From Klebsormidium nitens (taxonomy: Eukaryota > Plantae > Klebsormidiophyceae), in contig DF236993.1 in assembly GCA_000708835.1 (NCBI GenBank), positions 1 to 64,000 on the forward strand: 64,000 nt of DNA, read 5' to 3'. The translations under genes were made by a program, and so were the position numbers. Positions 14,401 to 27,082 of the stretch are shown one piece after another; the stretch's first letter is position 1, and each line of letters starts with the position of its first letter. The notes beneath the pieces are model-generated. The model was not told the origin of the DNA. It saw only the letters and a list, made by a program, of their open reading frames with translations, and made no database searches.

Positions 14401-17400
14401 CGCTGGCCCTCGTACGGCGTGATCACTCCAATCTGCAGGCGGCACGTGAGATGAGAGGGATTCGGCGGTCTGGTCATCCTTGCAGGAAGGAGTCGTACTA
14501 CGATATCCTTCTGTCCGTGCGACCGCTCCTTCGACTGCCAGTTATCGTACTTCGGCCTGCCAAGTCAAGGTTCTTACGCCATCGAAAGGAAAAAGCGACT
14601 AACCGAGAGAGGTGAAGACATGGAAAGACTTTCAACAACGCTTTGAACCAGCCCATTCTTTCACTGGGCGGAAAAGCGAGGAAGTGCGAGCCACTTCTCC
14701 CGGCTGGCCACAATGTCTGCCAAACGGCGAAGGCATCAGAAAACTGAGCGCCACACCTGGGAGGGGTTGACGCCCGACTTGAGAAACGTGGTGACGATCT
14801 TCTCCACGTTGGCGGCCTCTGTCCGGTTGAGGTAGGACGTCCCGCTCGCGCTGATCTCCTCCTGGCCCATCTGCAGGAAAGCCCCGCAGAAGAATCGGGT
14901 TAGCACCCCAGGAAAGGGTGGGACTAGCGTCCATTATCAGATCGCCTTTTGATGCCACAGCAGAGACGTGGAAGGTGCTCTCAAAAACCTTCCTTCCTCA
15001 AGTCTCGCAAACTTGAATAGCTTCTAGACTCCACGAGCCATTTTGAGAACGGAAAGCAGCCACCAAGCGACCGCTGTGCATGGGTTCAACGGCTCCAGGT
15101 TACTCGCTTTCGCTCAATTGGATACGGAGAACTCGAGCTCGGCTCCTAGCAGCTCCCCCTCGCCATTTTTGCAAAACTTTTCACGCTTCCACCTGAGAAC
15201 ATCATGCTGATAAGGACGCGGACTAGCAGTTGCCACTACTCCAAGAAGACCGCACGAATAAGGGTCACTTTGAAGGGACAAGCAACGAAGGCAGAGAAGC
15301 GACTAGCCAAGGACCTTCCAACCGAAACAACAAACGCCACATGTACAAGAGTAACGCCTCACCTGGACGTAGAAGAACATGGGCTTGGTCGCAATCGGCC
15401 ACGGGAAGTCCACCGCGGTCTGCATGCGGTCGCTCCACGTGACGCCGTTCTGCAGCGTGCCCTCGTAGAAGCAGTTGGACGGGAACTCCGACAGGTTGGG
15501 GTGCATTCGATATTGGACTTGCAGCCGCACCGGCTTGACCCCCAGCAATATGAGCCGCTCGAAGAGGGACTGCGCGAGCCCTGCTTTGGCGGCCTTCTTG
15601 CACATGATGACGGGGCCCAGCTGGCAGTGGTCGCCAACTAGGACGAGCTGAACAAACAAGAGAAAATAGGTTTAGGATCTGATTAACGGGTTAGGGAAAT
15701 GGGAATCTTGAAAGGGCGATCGAGCGAGGCCCGTTTTGGCGGCCTTTTTGCTGATGATGACGGGGACCAGCAGGCAGTGGTCACCCACAAAACGAGCTGC
15801 AGGAACAACAATTTGAGTCCGAAGTTATGATTTGAGGTCTCAAGGCGCGCATCTCGTTCGTGCATTCCTCAAACGTGCTTGAGCAAGTTTGCCGCTGGTC
15901 TCGGGCTGAAGGTGAGACTGCACAACTCACAAAGATGTGGCATGAGCCCGTCAAGCTCTCAAAAAGTTATCGAACTTGCGCATGGGTAATTGTTGGAACA
16001 CGAGGGACGGAATGCATTGCACAAGTTAGAAACGGTATTGACGGTGGGGGTACAAATTTCTGGGCAAATAACAACTCAACGAGGTGAGCTGGGACAATCT
16101 TTGACGCCCGTAGGCCTTTCGGAGGTCACGTTTTCAACAACTAGCCCACTCCTACAGGCAGACAGCAACACTCGGAAGAACGCTACGACCGGACCGAAGA
16201 GACAGTCTGTGTTCCTCAACGGGCCGCAATTCGCACCTGCTTGGCTCCCAGCACGAGCGGGATGAGCGACTCCGGCTCCGTTGCCTGTGTCGACTCGTCG
16301 ATGAGGACCTGGCGGAACCGGAAGTTGCTCAGGCGGGGGTCGCCCGCGCCCACGCACGTGGTGCAGATGACGTCAGCGTTCTGCAGGATCTCGCGCTCGT
16401 TGTTGCGCTTCAGGGCCTTGTACTTCTTCTCGTCAGCGCTCGACAGCTCGCCTGCGCACAAGAAATGGTTTGAAGTTGAGGAAAGCGTCAAATGTCATTC
16501 ATGAACGCTGGGATTAGCACCTTACGACAGCAACCATGTGGACTAAAGTGTAAAGCCATTGCAATACTTACATTCAGATACTTCAGGCTATAGCTTGCCC
16601 GTCAGAAGATCGGATCAAACGGAGATCGACTGATGAGCTTGGATGGCCCGTCTTGTTTTAGCAGTCCGCCCTAGGGACCACGATGAACTACGGGCACAGA
16701 TCAGTTAGGGTCGGAAAACCCCATGCGACGTCGAATCCACGACGCAGCCTTGAGCGAGGCAACCGAAAAGAAGTGATACGGGAGCTTTTTGCGAAGAGCT
16801 ACACAAGGAATATATTGATGGACCTCCGTGACATCAGTTCCAGAGAGTCATCTCACCTTGCTCGTCTTTAAGCATCTGAAGCTTCACAAGCTCGTTCTTG
16901 TCGTCTGTTGCAAGGTGACGCACCTAAAGGAGAGGTCAAGATCGTGCATCAGTGATCATCAGTGATGATGCGGCTGTTGACAACTCCCATGTCAGTGTAT
17001 GCACGTGGATTGCACCTCAGAGGGGTTGTCAAACCAGTGAGCAATATACGCCCCTTTAGACGCTGTGGCAGGAAGGCCAATGCAAACAAAAGTAAAAGGG
17101 GCAAGAGTGAAAACAGATGACGATCATGCCCACTGACACATTCAAAAAGGCGTCCAATGCCTGCTTCTCAAATTCCGGCTTGTGCATGCAACACAGGCCT
17201 GAAGCTCTCAAAAGTATTTCTCGTGGACTCCATCAACGTGAATCGCAGGCTCTATCAACGTGAAAAAGACGTGGAATGACGTCAACGTTCGCGCACCTGA
17301 TAGTGCAGCGTGAGGTGCTCCACGGGCGACAGGATGGCCTCGCGCGACTTGGCGCTCAGGCGCACGACCTTCAGGTTGGTCGCGCTGATCTTCTCGGCCA

Positions 17401-20400
17401 GCTGGTCCACCGCCACGTTGCTTGGGGCGCACACCAAAACCTGCAGCAAAAATAGATCGCAAAACCTTGATCGACATCCAAAAGTAGCATTTGGACAGAA
17501 GATGCTCGTGACTGTAAGCAGCCCTCAATTGGCAAGTGAGTGACCCCGCACCTTGTCTGGGGACCGTCTCCTTCGAGATGAAAAGCGAGGTCCTTATTGG
17601 CGGAAGACGCCAACGGAGAGAGAGAGGGTGTTATTCGAACTGAACACCGTGCGCAATGACATGCCGACTGCTGCTTAGAAACCTCCGTCGAGGATGCACA
17701 TCAAAGAGCTCGACCCTGAACGATCGTTTGCCAGCTGAAGCGACGAAGCCAGAGATCCACTGTCGGCCTTTCCAAACCTGGGACTTTAAGAAAACGTCCA
17801 GACTAGCAACAGCCGTCGTTCTCTGCTCACCTGCCCCTGGCCCATGCGCGCCAGGTTGAACACGATCGCCGCTGACGTCACGGTCTTGCCCGTCCCGGGG
17901 GGGCCCTGGATGAGGCTGACGGGCTGCTGCAGGATCGTCTTGACGGCCTGCACCTGGGAGTGGTTCAGCTCGGGCAGCCCCGGAGCGCCGAAGCGTTTGG
18001 GGAGCGCCACCTTCATTTGCTGCTCCTCTACTTCGTGGCCCAAAATGCGGTGGTAGATGTAGCTGCACATAGGTGGGGGACACTCATCAGCGGGGGGAAA
18101 ATAAAGCTTTCGCGATGGAGGGCAATGTGAAGTATTTGTGACAGGGGGCGCCGAAGCGCTTGAGGAGCGCGACCTTCATTTGCTTCTCTTCGACCTCGTG
18201 GCCAAGGATGCGGTGGTAGATGTAGCTGCACCGGATTTAGGGGGGAATCGTTGAAGATCTTGGCGGGAGGAGTATGCAAGGTTCCCAACAACGGGCAATT
18301 TAAAGGTTGGCCGAAGGGCTTCGAGATCACCACTTTCATCTGTTGCTCCTCCACCTCGTGGCCCAGGATGCGGTGAAAGATGTGGCTGTGCGAGCCACGG
18401 GAAATGCTTTGTCGAATCCTCCCCAAACGAGTGAAGTCTTTCCCAAGGTGGAGACTGTAAAGTTTTTCACGCAGAGGAAGTTCAAATCTCTCCAGCGGTG
18501 TTGTATCGCTACGGGCTTGGGGGAGAGGTTAGAATGTTGCAAGGCAAGAGGCCGGACGAGCAGGTTGTCCTTTTGATAGTCACAAGATCGCTCATCAGTG
18601 TAACGGTTGTGGTTTGAAGCTCGGTATTTTCAGATGAACGAAAAGCCGGCAGGTCATGAGATTGACGGAAATGCAATCCAGAGGACGTCCAAAGGGAGTG
18701 CGGGATCAGTAATAAAGTCGAAGAGAATCTACTAGTAAGTCAAGCGAAGACCTGTACACCATATGAATGCATTAACGGAGAGAGAAAAGTGAACCCCAAA
18801 CCCTGTACGTCCTTGGGATAAGCTGCCGTTCATCGTTTAGACAACCAGATCGACGCACCTGCTGACGCTCGTCTCGTCGACAGCAAAAGTCCTCATCGCT
18901 GCTTGCATGCGCTCAAAGCTGGTCGCTTTCCAAACGAACTCCACCGTGAAGCCATGAGTGAGGTCGGTGGGGGCACCCTGTAGCAAAATCAGAGTGTAGG
19001 TTGTTGACAAAACCACGAGCTCTCAAAAGAGAACGAACGCATGCTAAACCCGTTGTCAGCTCCTCCTGCTTGGATGAGGCGAAAAATCTCACAATAAAGG
19101 CTCAGAAGCAACTGCCAATGTGGACACACATAATTCCTCACGGGAAAAAGATGCAGTACTGAATACCAACGTCCATTCACGTCGCGCTGTTTTCAAGATG
19201 CTTCATGCACTTCTCGGTCGAGAAATGCACCGCACGGTTTCATTGACGCATGACCACAACCATTTCTTCGAGAGAATGTCCTCAAGACAGCTACAATCCA
19301 CTTATGAAAGATAAAGAGTCTGAAAAAAGGGGGCCATGAGCGCCCGACGATCAAGCTCCAAACAAAAGATTCGTAATCTCCCGAACCGACCCGCATTAAA
19401 AGTACCCAAACTTGAGAATGGGGGTGAAAAAGATACCTGTCCGTTCCTCAGCTCCAGTGCGACCTCCTCCTGAGGCGTGAGCCGGACCACGTGTCCGACG
19501 GACGTCCACGACGAGTGCGACGAGTCTCCCGGGTGGCGCAGCCGCAGCTCGTCCCCGGCCACAAGCCGCAGGTCGTTGTCCTCCTGAAGTAACGGAAGCA
19601 GCAAAATTGGGGTTTATAAAATCAAGCTGCGTCTCAATCTTGTGAACGATGAGGGTCCAGAAAGCCCCTTGGGTTCAGCTGAAACCTAATGTCAAAGCTT
19701 TACACGCTCCGCACCTGTGTCCACCCCAACCCCGTGACAAATCCCACCCGTTCCACCGGAATCACACCCGTTCACCGGAATCATAGTTCGGTTTAAACAG
19801 CGGTATGCTGGTCAGGCGCCTGTCGGTCTCTACTTTCCAACCAAGGACTGGAAGTTCGGTCGTTGCAACTTCGTGCTTTGTAGGCAGCTTAGTCAACAGC
19901 ACAGGTCGAAGAGACGACGACTTGGTCGACTGATCCATGGCCTACGATCGTGATGGTCTTCTCAACGCCACGACGCGAGGCTCGACCACAAATCAGCTCT
20001 GAGGAATCAACTCTTTCGAGACTCCAAAACGGACGCCCCGTCGAGCGTGACGAAGCTGAAAGGAACTAAACGACGACGCTGACCAAATGCTTCTCAGTAC
20101 TGCGCGACGGATCACGACCTTCGCATCCAGAATGGACTCAAAATAGAGTCCTTTCGGCTATCCAAGGTCATTAGTGTTCTCGCTTCTTCTTCGCTACAAG
20201 CAGACCTTCGCGAACCGATGGGAATACAGCATTGGGGACAAACGTAAGGTCCCAGCCTGACGACTTTGGAAGAACAACCAACCAGACTCCAACCCCCGAG
20301 GCCACACCCACCTTCGGAAAGAGAAAATATGCGACGCGCTTCTTGTTGAGCCCCGTGTCCCAGCGCACAGTGATGCTGTCCTTGCTCTGCGTCTCCTTCA

Positions 20401-23209
20401 TGTATTTGTCGTACTCCGCCTCCAGCTTGATCAGCGGGCCGAAGACGTTCTGGTACTGGTATGCATCCTCGTACCTGGCGGAATGACGTAACACGACGTC
20501 AGCTGCTGTCCCGACCACAGAGGAATGTCCCGACCACAGAGGAACACAATGAAGAATCCCGTGAAGATGTTGCCCGGCATCGGTGCTGTTTCGACAGCGG
20601 AGTTCCCAAAGGCACAGATTACAGGAAAAGCTGTTCACGCAACAGGCTGTAGGACTCTCAAGGACTGGGACGACATTCTTCGACGATTACGAGAAAGGGA
20701 GGGAAACGATATCGGAGGCGGCCTCAGCTTAATGCCGTTTTCCACTGCTTGCAGCATCGAAGACTGAGATATCAACGTTCCCAAGTCCAAGACGTGGCCA
20801 ATCAACGCTTCTTCGGTGGCATGCTACAGTTCGTAGTGGTCCTGAAGACGATGACACATGGCCATACCTGAGCGCCACTGGCTGCGGTTCGTCATCGACC
20901 CCCGGCTTCTCGAGGTCCTCCAGGGAGGCTTCTGGGTTTGTCTTCCAGAGCTCCTCGATCTTGTTGATTTGCTGCGCACTGATCTGGCGCGCACGCAATT
21001 GCTCCTGGTCCGAGGGGACCTAGGAAAGCGAGAAAAATATCACATCAGTCCTCTTCGTCATATTTTTGGTCAGATTTTCGGCTTGAACCAGGATGCGAGG
21101 AACATTTGGAAGGTATGACGATCCTTGACGACCTGTAGAATGGACCGTTGGCTGTTCAAAACTTGTGCGCCACCGAGAAAGTTGTTCAGAACACAAAGGG
21201 AGAGCCGGGAGGCAGTGAGTGCCTCTGCTCAGGCGAGACGAAGTCCGTAAAGAGAGAGGGCTTCGGATGCATCGTACAAAAAACGTGGAGCAAACCTGAA
21301 TATTTCAAGCCCTCCGCAGTTGTGAAAAACCACAGACGCTTCTCCGGTTCATTATTTTCTCGAAGTAAAAGCGCTTGCTGCTATCAGCAAGCCGCAATAG
21401 GTCTCATAATCGCACTTGTTCCCGATGAGTATCACTGACATACAGGTTGGTTTGGGACTGCGAATCTGGAGTTGCTCTTCACAACATCTTTTGCACCTAT
21501 CCACGCCTCGTTTCTTGTGCACGCCTGACGAAGATCCGTTTGTCGCACTCACAACAGCCAGGACCCGCCTCAGTTTAGAATCTAACTGCCGAGCTGATTC
21601 TATGCTGAGTCGATACAGCAACACCCTAGGTCACATACGTAAACCAAAGACACGTCGTATGAAGTAGTCACCTTGACAAGCCACTGCAGAAAGCAGCGGT
21701 CGCTGACGAGCGGCTCCCACTGTGCGAGGTCCCAGTTCATATCCTTGAGGCTGTTCACACTGAGGCACGGCTCGCGGCAGAGCAGCACAACCACGCTGTC
21801 CGACTTGGCGGCGATGAACCCGAGCAAGAACACGTTGCGGCAGCCGCAGTTGTAGCACTCGAGCATTGTCTCGCCAAGGGGGCTGTCCTTGTGCAGGCTG
21901 ACTTCCTTGTGCTTGGCGCGGACCTTCAAAGAGGCAAGGAAAGTATATAACTCTTTTCTGAAGATCAGGTATAAGTGCCGGGTTGAAGCCAGAAGTCTGC
22001 GTGTACTCAAGCCATGTAAAAACACTGAGATCTGCACAGATATAGACCACAATTGTTCCTTGGAAAGATGTGCGTAATACTGCAATGTCCTACACAACAC
22101 AACGATGCTGGATAAAAGAGTTTTCTACACGGAAGACAAAAAGCAAGGAATTTTCGTTTCTTTGCTGTCTTCCAGAACACCCCAAAGGGTTGCAAGACAT
22201 ACAAGCTTCCCTTCTTCGACATCAGAACGATCCTGGAACGCCTTAGTAAGATAAGGATACCCAGGAAGCACCACCCCAAGATCTCTGCGACATGAATTGA
22301 AATAAAGAGAAGCAGGATTCCTGCAACTCAATGACAAGTCTTAGCGAGCTGTAAAAAAGAAAAAGGAATAAAATTTTTGCAATGACCCATGCATGGGGCA
22401 GCGTCTTCAAACAAGTCTTCACTTTTCAAAAACCACGTCAAGACTGTACCAGAAAGTACCCTCTGAAGAAACTCAAACTTCCATGCCAAGTGCAGAACGC
22501 CTAAAACTGCTGATATTTCTAGCCGCCAGCAAAACTTCCAATTGGTACGAGTGCACTGAAGTAGATCATGGTAATGGTGAAGATGCTCAGGACTGAACGC
22601 ATTGCCTGGACCAGTGGCTCTGCCATTTGAGTGCAGTGAAACAATTTTCTCGCTGAAAAGTAGAGAAGACCGTCGTACCAGATGACTGATGATGTGCGAC
22701 CCCGAGGTGTTCCCCCTGGAGTTGCAGAACCACTTCTTGCAATTGGGGGCATTGCAGCGCACAACGCACGCAGCATTGTGGATCCCGCAATACTTGCAGG
22801 CATACTCCGGCAGGTCCTTCCTGGTGTCGTAATCCCCGTCGTCCTCAGGGTGGTCCTCCAGGCTCAGGTCCTTGACACCACCCACCAATCCATCGGCGTT
22901 CTTGTGCCCTTCTTCTCCACCGGAGACTTCTGACTTCTGAGACAAGTGAGGCTTCTGGTTCGTCACTTCCTCTCTCAACTTGGGAGGCGCCACCAAATCA
23001 TCGCTCCACGGGTCAGGCACCAAACCTTCGTACTGACTAAGGGGGTCTGTAAACTGGGGGTAGCTGGAGCTGGCGCCTGGATCGTCGAAATCAAGAAAGG
23101 AGTACGCATCCGCTTGTGTAGCGAGATCGTTGCTTGGATCGAAGTAGCTCTGCAGCACTTCAGGCTGATCGGTCCCCGCCTGGCTCCTGGGTGAGTAAGG
23201 GTCCGCCAT
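8403..23209 (-). CDS. UPF1: Regulator of nonsense transcripts 1, SF1 RNA helicase (17 exons)
   Basis: Exons ~23209-22679, 21923-21672, 21019-20868, 20474-20312, 19583-19437, 18977-18859, 18062-17831, 17440-17297, 16923-16857, 16451-16237, 15647-15363, 14870-14757, 14432-14334, 14079-14002, 13462-13129, 9549-8954, 8603-8403. Contains the CH zinc domain ([32 protein letters not shown]), Walker [49 protein letters not shown] and an SQ-rich C-terminus. Confidence 0.97.
9621..9647. repeat. (GATACA)n microsatellite in UPF1 intron 15
   Basis: gatacagatacagatacagatacagat. Confidence 0.9.
15708..15800 (-). repeat. Degenerate partial copy of UPF1 exon 11 head with its acceptor
   Basis: cag|CTCGTTTT-GTGGGTGACCACTGCCTGCTG.. 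lies 149 bp upstream of the real cag|CTCGTCCTAGTTGGCGACCACTGCCAGCTG. It has a 1-nt deletion. Confidence 0.9.
18145..18390 (-). repeat. Two partial copies of UPF1 exon 7 head with acceptors
   Basis: Copies start at 18385 ([19 protein letters not shown]) and 18225 ([27 protein letters not shown]). The real exon starts at 18062. Confidence 0.95.
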
Positions 23210-23225
23210 AGCGAGCGGCAGGCAT
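23160..23225 (-). promoter_or_regulatory. Putative overlapping uORF over the UPF1 start codon
   Basis: ATG at 23225, 16 nt upstream of and out of frame with the main ATG (23209). 21 codons, then TGA at 23162-23160. Requires a TSS upstream of 23225. Confidence 0.4.
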
Positions 23226-23344
23226 GCTCAAAAAATGCAAAACCAATCAGCTGCAGCCTGCAGGAGCCAGGCGCTTGAACGAGCTCTACAATCTTGTGCT
23301 GCTCTCACTGTCAATGAACCCTAAAACAGCGCCTCGCGAGGAAA

Positions 23345-23379
23345 CATGACTCATGACTCCGACTTAGTCATGACTCATG
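23345..23379. promoter_or_regulatory. Palindromic TGACTCA (AP-1/GCN4-type) element in the UPF1/FTRC divergent promoter
   Basis: catgactcatgact-ccgactt-agtcatgactcatg: 14-bp arms, one mismatch, two TGACTCA cores. Function is inferred. Confidence 0.45.
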
Positions 23380-23840
23380 AGCCTCGCCTTTTATGTTTGC
23401 GCATCTACGTTTGAACGTTTGACACTACAACCTGAAGTGCCTGCATCAAAAAGAGTGGAAGGATACAGCGCTTGTCAGTGAGTGTCAAGAAGGAAAAACT
23501 AAAGGCAGGGTTTATCCTGTCTTGAATATCCTGGTATTGGAAGAGACGTCGCAAAAGGGGGGCCTAAGCCTGGGCCCTCTGATCCCCCTGGAAGGTCAAC
23601 TACTGATCAACTTCTATACCATGCAGGGCGGCAGAAAAGCCAGACTCCAGTGCAAGAAACTTAAAGGTTGGTACGTACACAGCAGATTCAAAATCACAAG
23701 GCGAGGGAGAAACGTTGTGAGGGGGAGAAACCTGTCTGTCGTTCACTGATTCTGTCAGGATTCTTTCAGGGAGCCCCCAACTCACAAGCATTGCTTAGAA
23801 AGGGTGGACTAGCAGCTGAAGGTTCTCCAGCATTGCAAGC

Positions 23841-26680
23841 ATGAGCCAGAGCGTGTGTGTACTTTGCGCGGGGCCGGTGGCCTTTGCTCTATCACCCCTA
23901 TCCAAGCAGGGATCATTTGCTCGCAGCTCTTCTTTCAATGGAAGGGCACTTGTGCCGCTTCAGAGGGCTGCAGGGCACAGAGCTCCCCGGTCTTCGTCCA
24001 ACATCAGAGCTGGTGAGCAAGGAAATTATTGCTGCTTCCTCTTACTAAAATGTGAGATCCTATAATGGGGGTTTGCATGGATTGGTTGGTTTTGGCACTT
24101 CGCGCTCAGCACAAAAGTCTGAAACGAGAACTCTTGACCTGGCAAATGCCGCACAAATGTCAGTGCTTGCAAGCGCATTGTACATCCTGGGGTTGCTTGG
24201 TCTGTACCTGTCTTCATGATAGAATGTGGTTCTCTGATCAATCGGTTCTGATATTTCTCCTCTGTGGAAAAAGAATGCCACTCATTACCAAGTTTCACGT
24301 CTCGCAACCAATTTTTGAGGTTGCATGAACACAGAGCAATTACTGATTCTTATGAGGCAGGCGAGGATGGTCAGAAACAAAGAATTTGGTAATGGTGAAG
24401 CAGTTTCTTATGCCTCGAGCAGCTTATAGAAAGCCAGTCAATGGCGAGCAGATTAAGCCTGTGTGCAGTATCCATCTTGCTGACTACGCACCAGGTATTT
24501 GCTGTTCCAACAACTCCGTGGCTTGGCTGTGTTCATCAGGAATCATTCTGGTATGCGCAAGAATGCTGCACAATGAAAATCACTGGAAGGGGTTTTGGCA
24601 CTCGAGTAGGTGTCCTGATTGAGGCAATGTAGCTTTGGGCCTCAATTCTACCATGGGTAAAACCTTTCCGTAGGCAAATTCGCAGTGTAATTCCGAAGTC
24701 AGCATTAACCAGGAACTTGGCCCTTCGTGGTCTTTGACAATACCTGTCGCTCGGAAAAATTGACACTGCATGCAAGAGAGTGGACGTCGTCAAAACACAT
24801 TGCTGTCTGCAACAGCTACTTTGCACTATAGGGCCACTCGACACTCCGCAGGCGACTCCCACAGTCGTGGTGATTCAGCAACTCGTCAGTGAAAATTTTC
24901 CTGCATTGCAAACGTTTTGTGACTCAGAAATTCACCACCCACGAAAGCCCCGGCAGCGGTTTCAGTGGGCAAGAAAATGTTACTTCTCTGGATTCCGCTG
25001 AAGGCATCTTTGCAAAAAACAATGTATCCAGACAGCAACGGCGGCAGTGATTAGGCAGCTGAATATATGGGTCTCCCCTGCAGCCGAACCCACCGACAAG
25101 TCCTTAGAAGTTATGCGAAAGTTCTCGGAGCAGTATGCAAGCCGGACAGACACTTTCTTCTGCTCGGATCTCTCGGTGACTGCGGTTGTGATTAAGGTGA
25201 GTTTGTCTTCGCCAACAACTTTTTTGGTAGGGAGGAGATTTGCCTCAGCCCACTCTCGTTGGACCCCCGGCTGCGCAAGCTCCTTAGAGTACTGCAGCTT
25301 TTCTCGACGTTTCTTTTGTGGTCGACTTTTTCAGTCCTTGCTGCTAGACAAAGCACAATCGATTGATGTGTCATCAACTGAACGTCCCAAGAAGGCTGAC
25401 TTCTTTGAAAAGGTTGTCTTTGTTTTCGTTTGGTAAGCTGTTCGGAAAGCCTTAGTATGACCTTGTATCCATCAAGTGCAAGTTGGCCACTGCCTCTGGG
25501 GCTTTGTAAAAGCAGTGCAGCAACCAGAGACTACAGCTCGCACTTACAGCTCGACTCAGATGCAGGCAGACAATCTACCTGTACTCATGCATATAGTGCC
25601 CCTTAAGCTTGCTTGAGTTGGGGGCATATTTTCCAGAGTTGGTCGAGGTCTGGTTTCCTTCACGTAATGCTGATTGCTGGTTGGTCATGCAGGGTCTTGC
25701 GGAACACAAGGACACACTTGGAGCTCCACTGTGCCCTTGCCGGTAGGGCCTGGAATCATCTTATTCAGCGCTCTCACCTTCTGCGAAGATCAGCGTGGTT
25801 GAGGTCCTTTTTGAGACATGCTTGTAAACTGAACATTGAAGGTCTAGCAGAACTTCGAGCGAACCACCAAGCTCTTGATTGTAGCTCGTGGAGAGAACGA
25901 AGACAACTTTGCGGACGACCACTTCTAAGTTTGCACTACTCCCTGGCTGCATCCTGCGAAAGCCTCCCTGCAAAAAGTCCTACAAGTGTTCCTCTCTTCT
26001 CTTAGTCGAGATGTTCTGTGTTCAGAATGCGTCACACCAGGTGGTCTTCAGAACCTTGAGACCGCAGATGCAAAGGAAGCTCTTTTTTCCTTCCAGGCAT
26101 TACGATGATAAAGCACTTGAGGCGCAACAAGGATTCTGGAATTGCCCCTGTGTTCCAATGAGGGAGAGGTAACAAGTGCCTCTAATTGCTGTGGGCAAAA
26201 CCAGATTAAGAGGTTTTCTCTTATGTGCTGTTTGTGCATCTATTGGATCCTGTTCTATCTCGTTCCATAGTTTTGCCGATCCTTATTTTGTTCCTTTGTT
26301 TTTCCTTGGTAAGTCGCAAGGGTCACGCAGACAGCCCAGAGCTTCACAGCTTCATTCTGACACCTGACACTGACATCGGTTCATGAAATGCTTGCAGGAA
26401 AGAGTGCCATTGTCTTCTCTTTTTGACCCCAGAGAATGACTTTGCTGGAAAGGAACAGGTACGACCCCTCATCCTCCTCGTACTCTCGCAAGATTGCTCT
26501 GCTTCAGATCCTGTGCATGCATTGGAGCCGTGGCTTTTCTGGTAAGGTCCACTGGTCCAGCACGTTTGCTCACGTCATGTGGCTTCGAAATACAATTGAG
26601 CTTGTTATACAACCATCTTGTCTTCTTCCTTACAGAAAATCACGGTAGACACGATCAAAGAACTTACCAAGGATGTCTAG
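23841..26680 (+). CDS. FTRC: Ferredoxin-thioredoxin reductase catalytic subunit, plastid-targeted
   Basis: Exons ~23841-24012 (transit peptide), 25084-25196, 25693-25742, 26097-26168, 26398-26458, 26636-26680. They give MRKFSEQYA..FCSDLSVTAVVIKGLAEHKDTLGAPLCPCRHYDD..GFWNCPCVPMRERKECHCLLFLTPENDFAG with the CPC/CPC/CHC cluster motifs. Confidence 0.95.
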
Positions 26681-27082
26681 AAGCAGAAGCTTTACTGTAC
26701 AAATCTTGTGGGGAGAAGAAGTGGCCCCGCACTAGCAACGGCTGTACATTCACTTTGTTCATTGAATCTCCTCGAGTTTGAAAATCTGGAAAGAAAGCGC
26801 ATCCACTGTTCGTGAGTTGCTTTGCAAGTTCTCAAAGCTGGTGATCATTGGCAAACCTTTGATCGTGATATCTCCAAGCACTCTTCGTCCTGAAGCAGAC
26901 GCCACAGCCCGGCAGTTTACAGCCATGCATTCAGTAACACAGCAGTTGTATCCCATGACAATCAGGCATTACACCGCGCACTAAGTTCGATTTGTATGCA
27001 TTGCGGTCAAGGCCCACCCACGGGATGACCACTGTCTTCAAAGAAAACACTGAGCGTCGGGTCACTCGCACTCGGGTCACTC

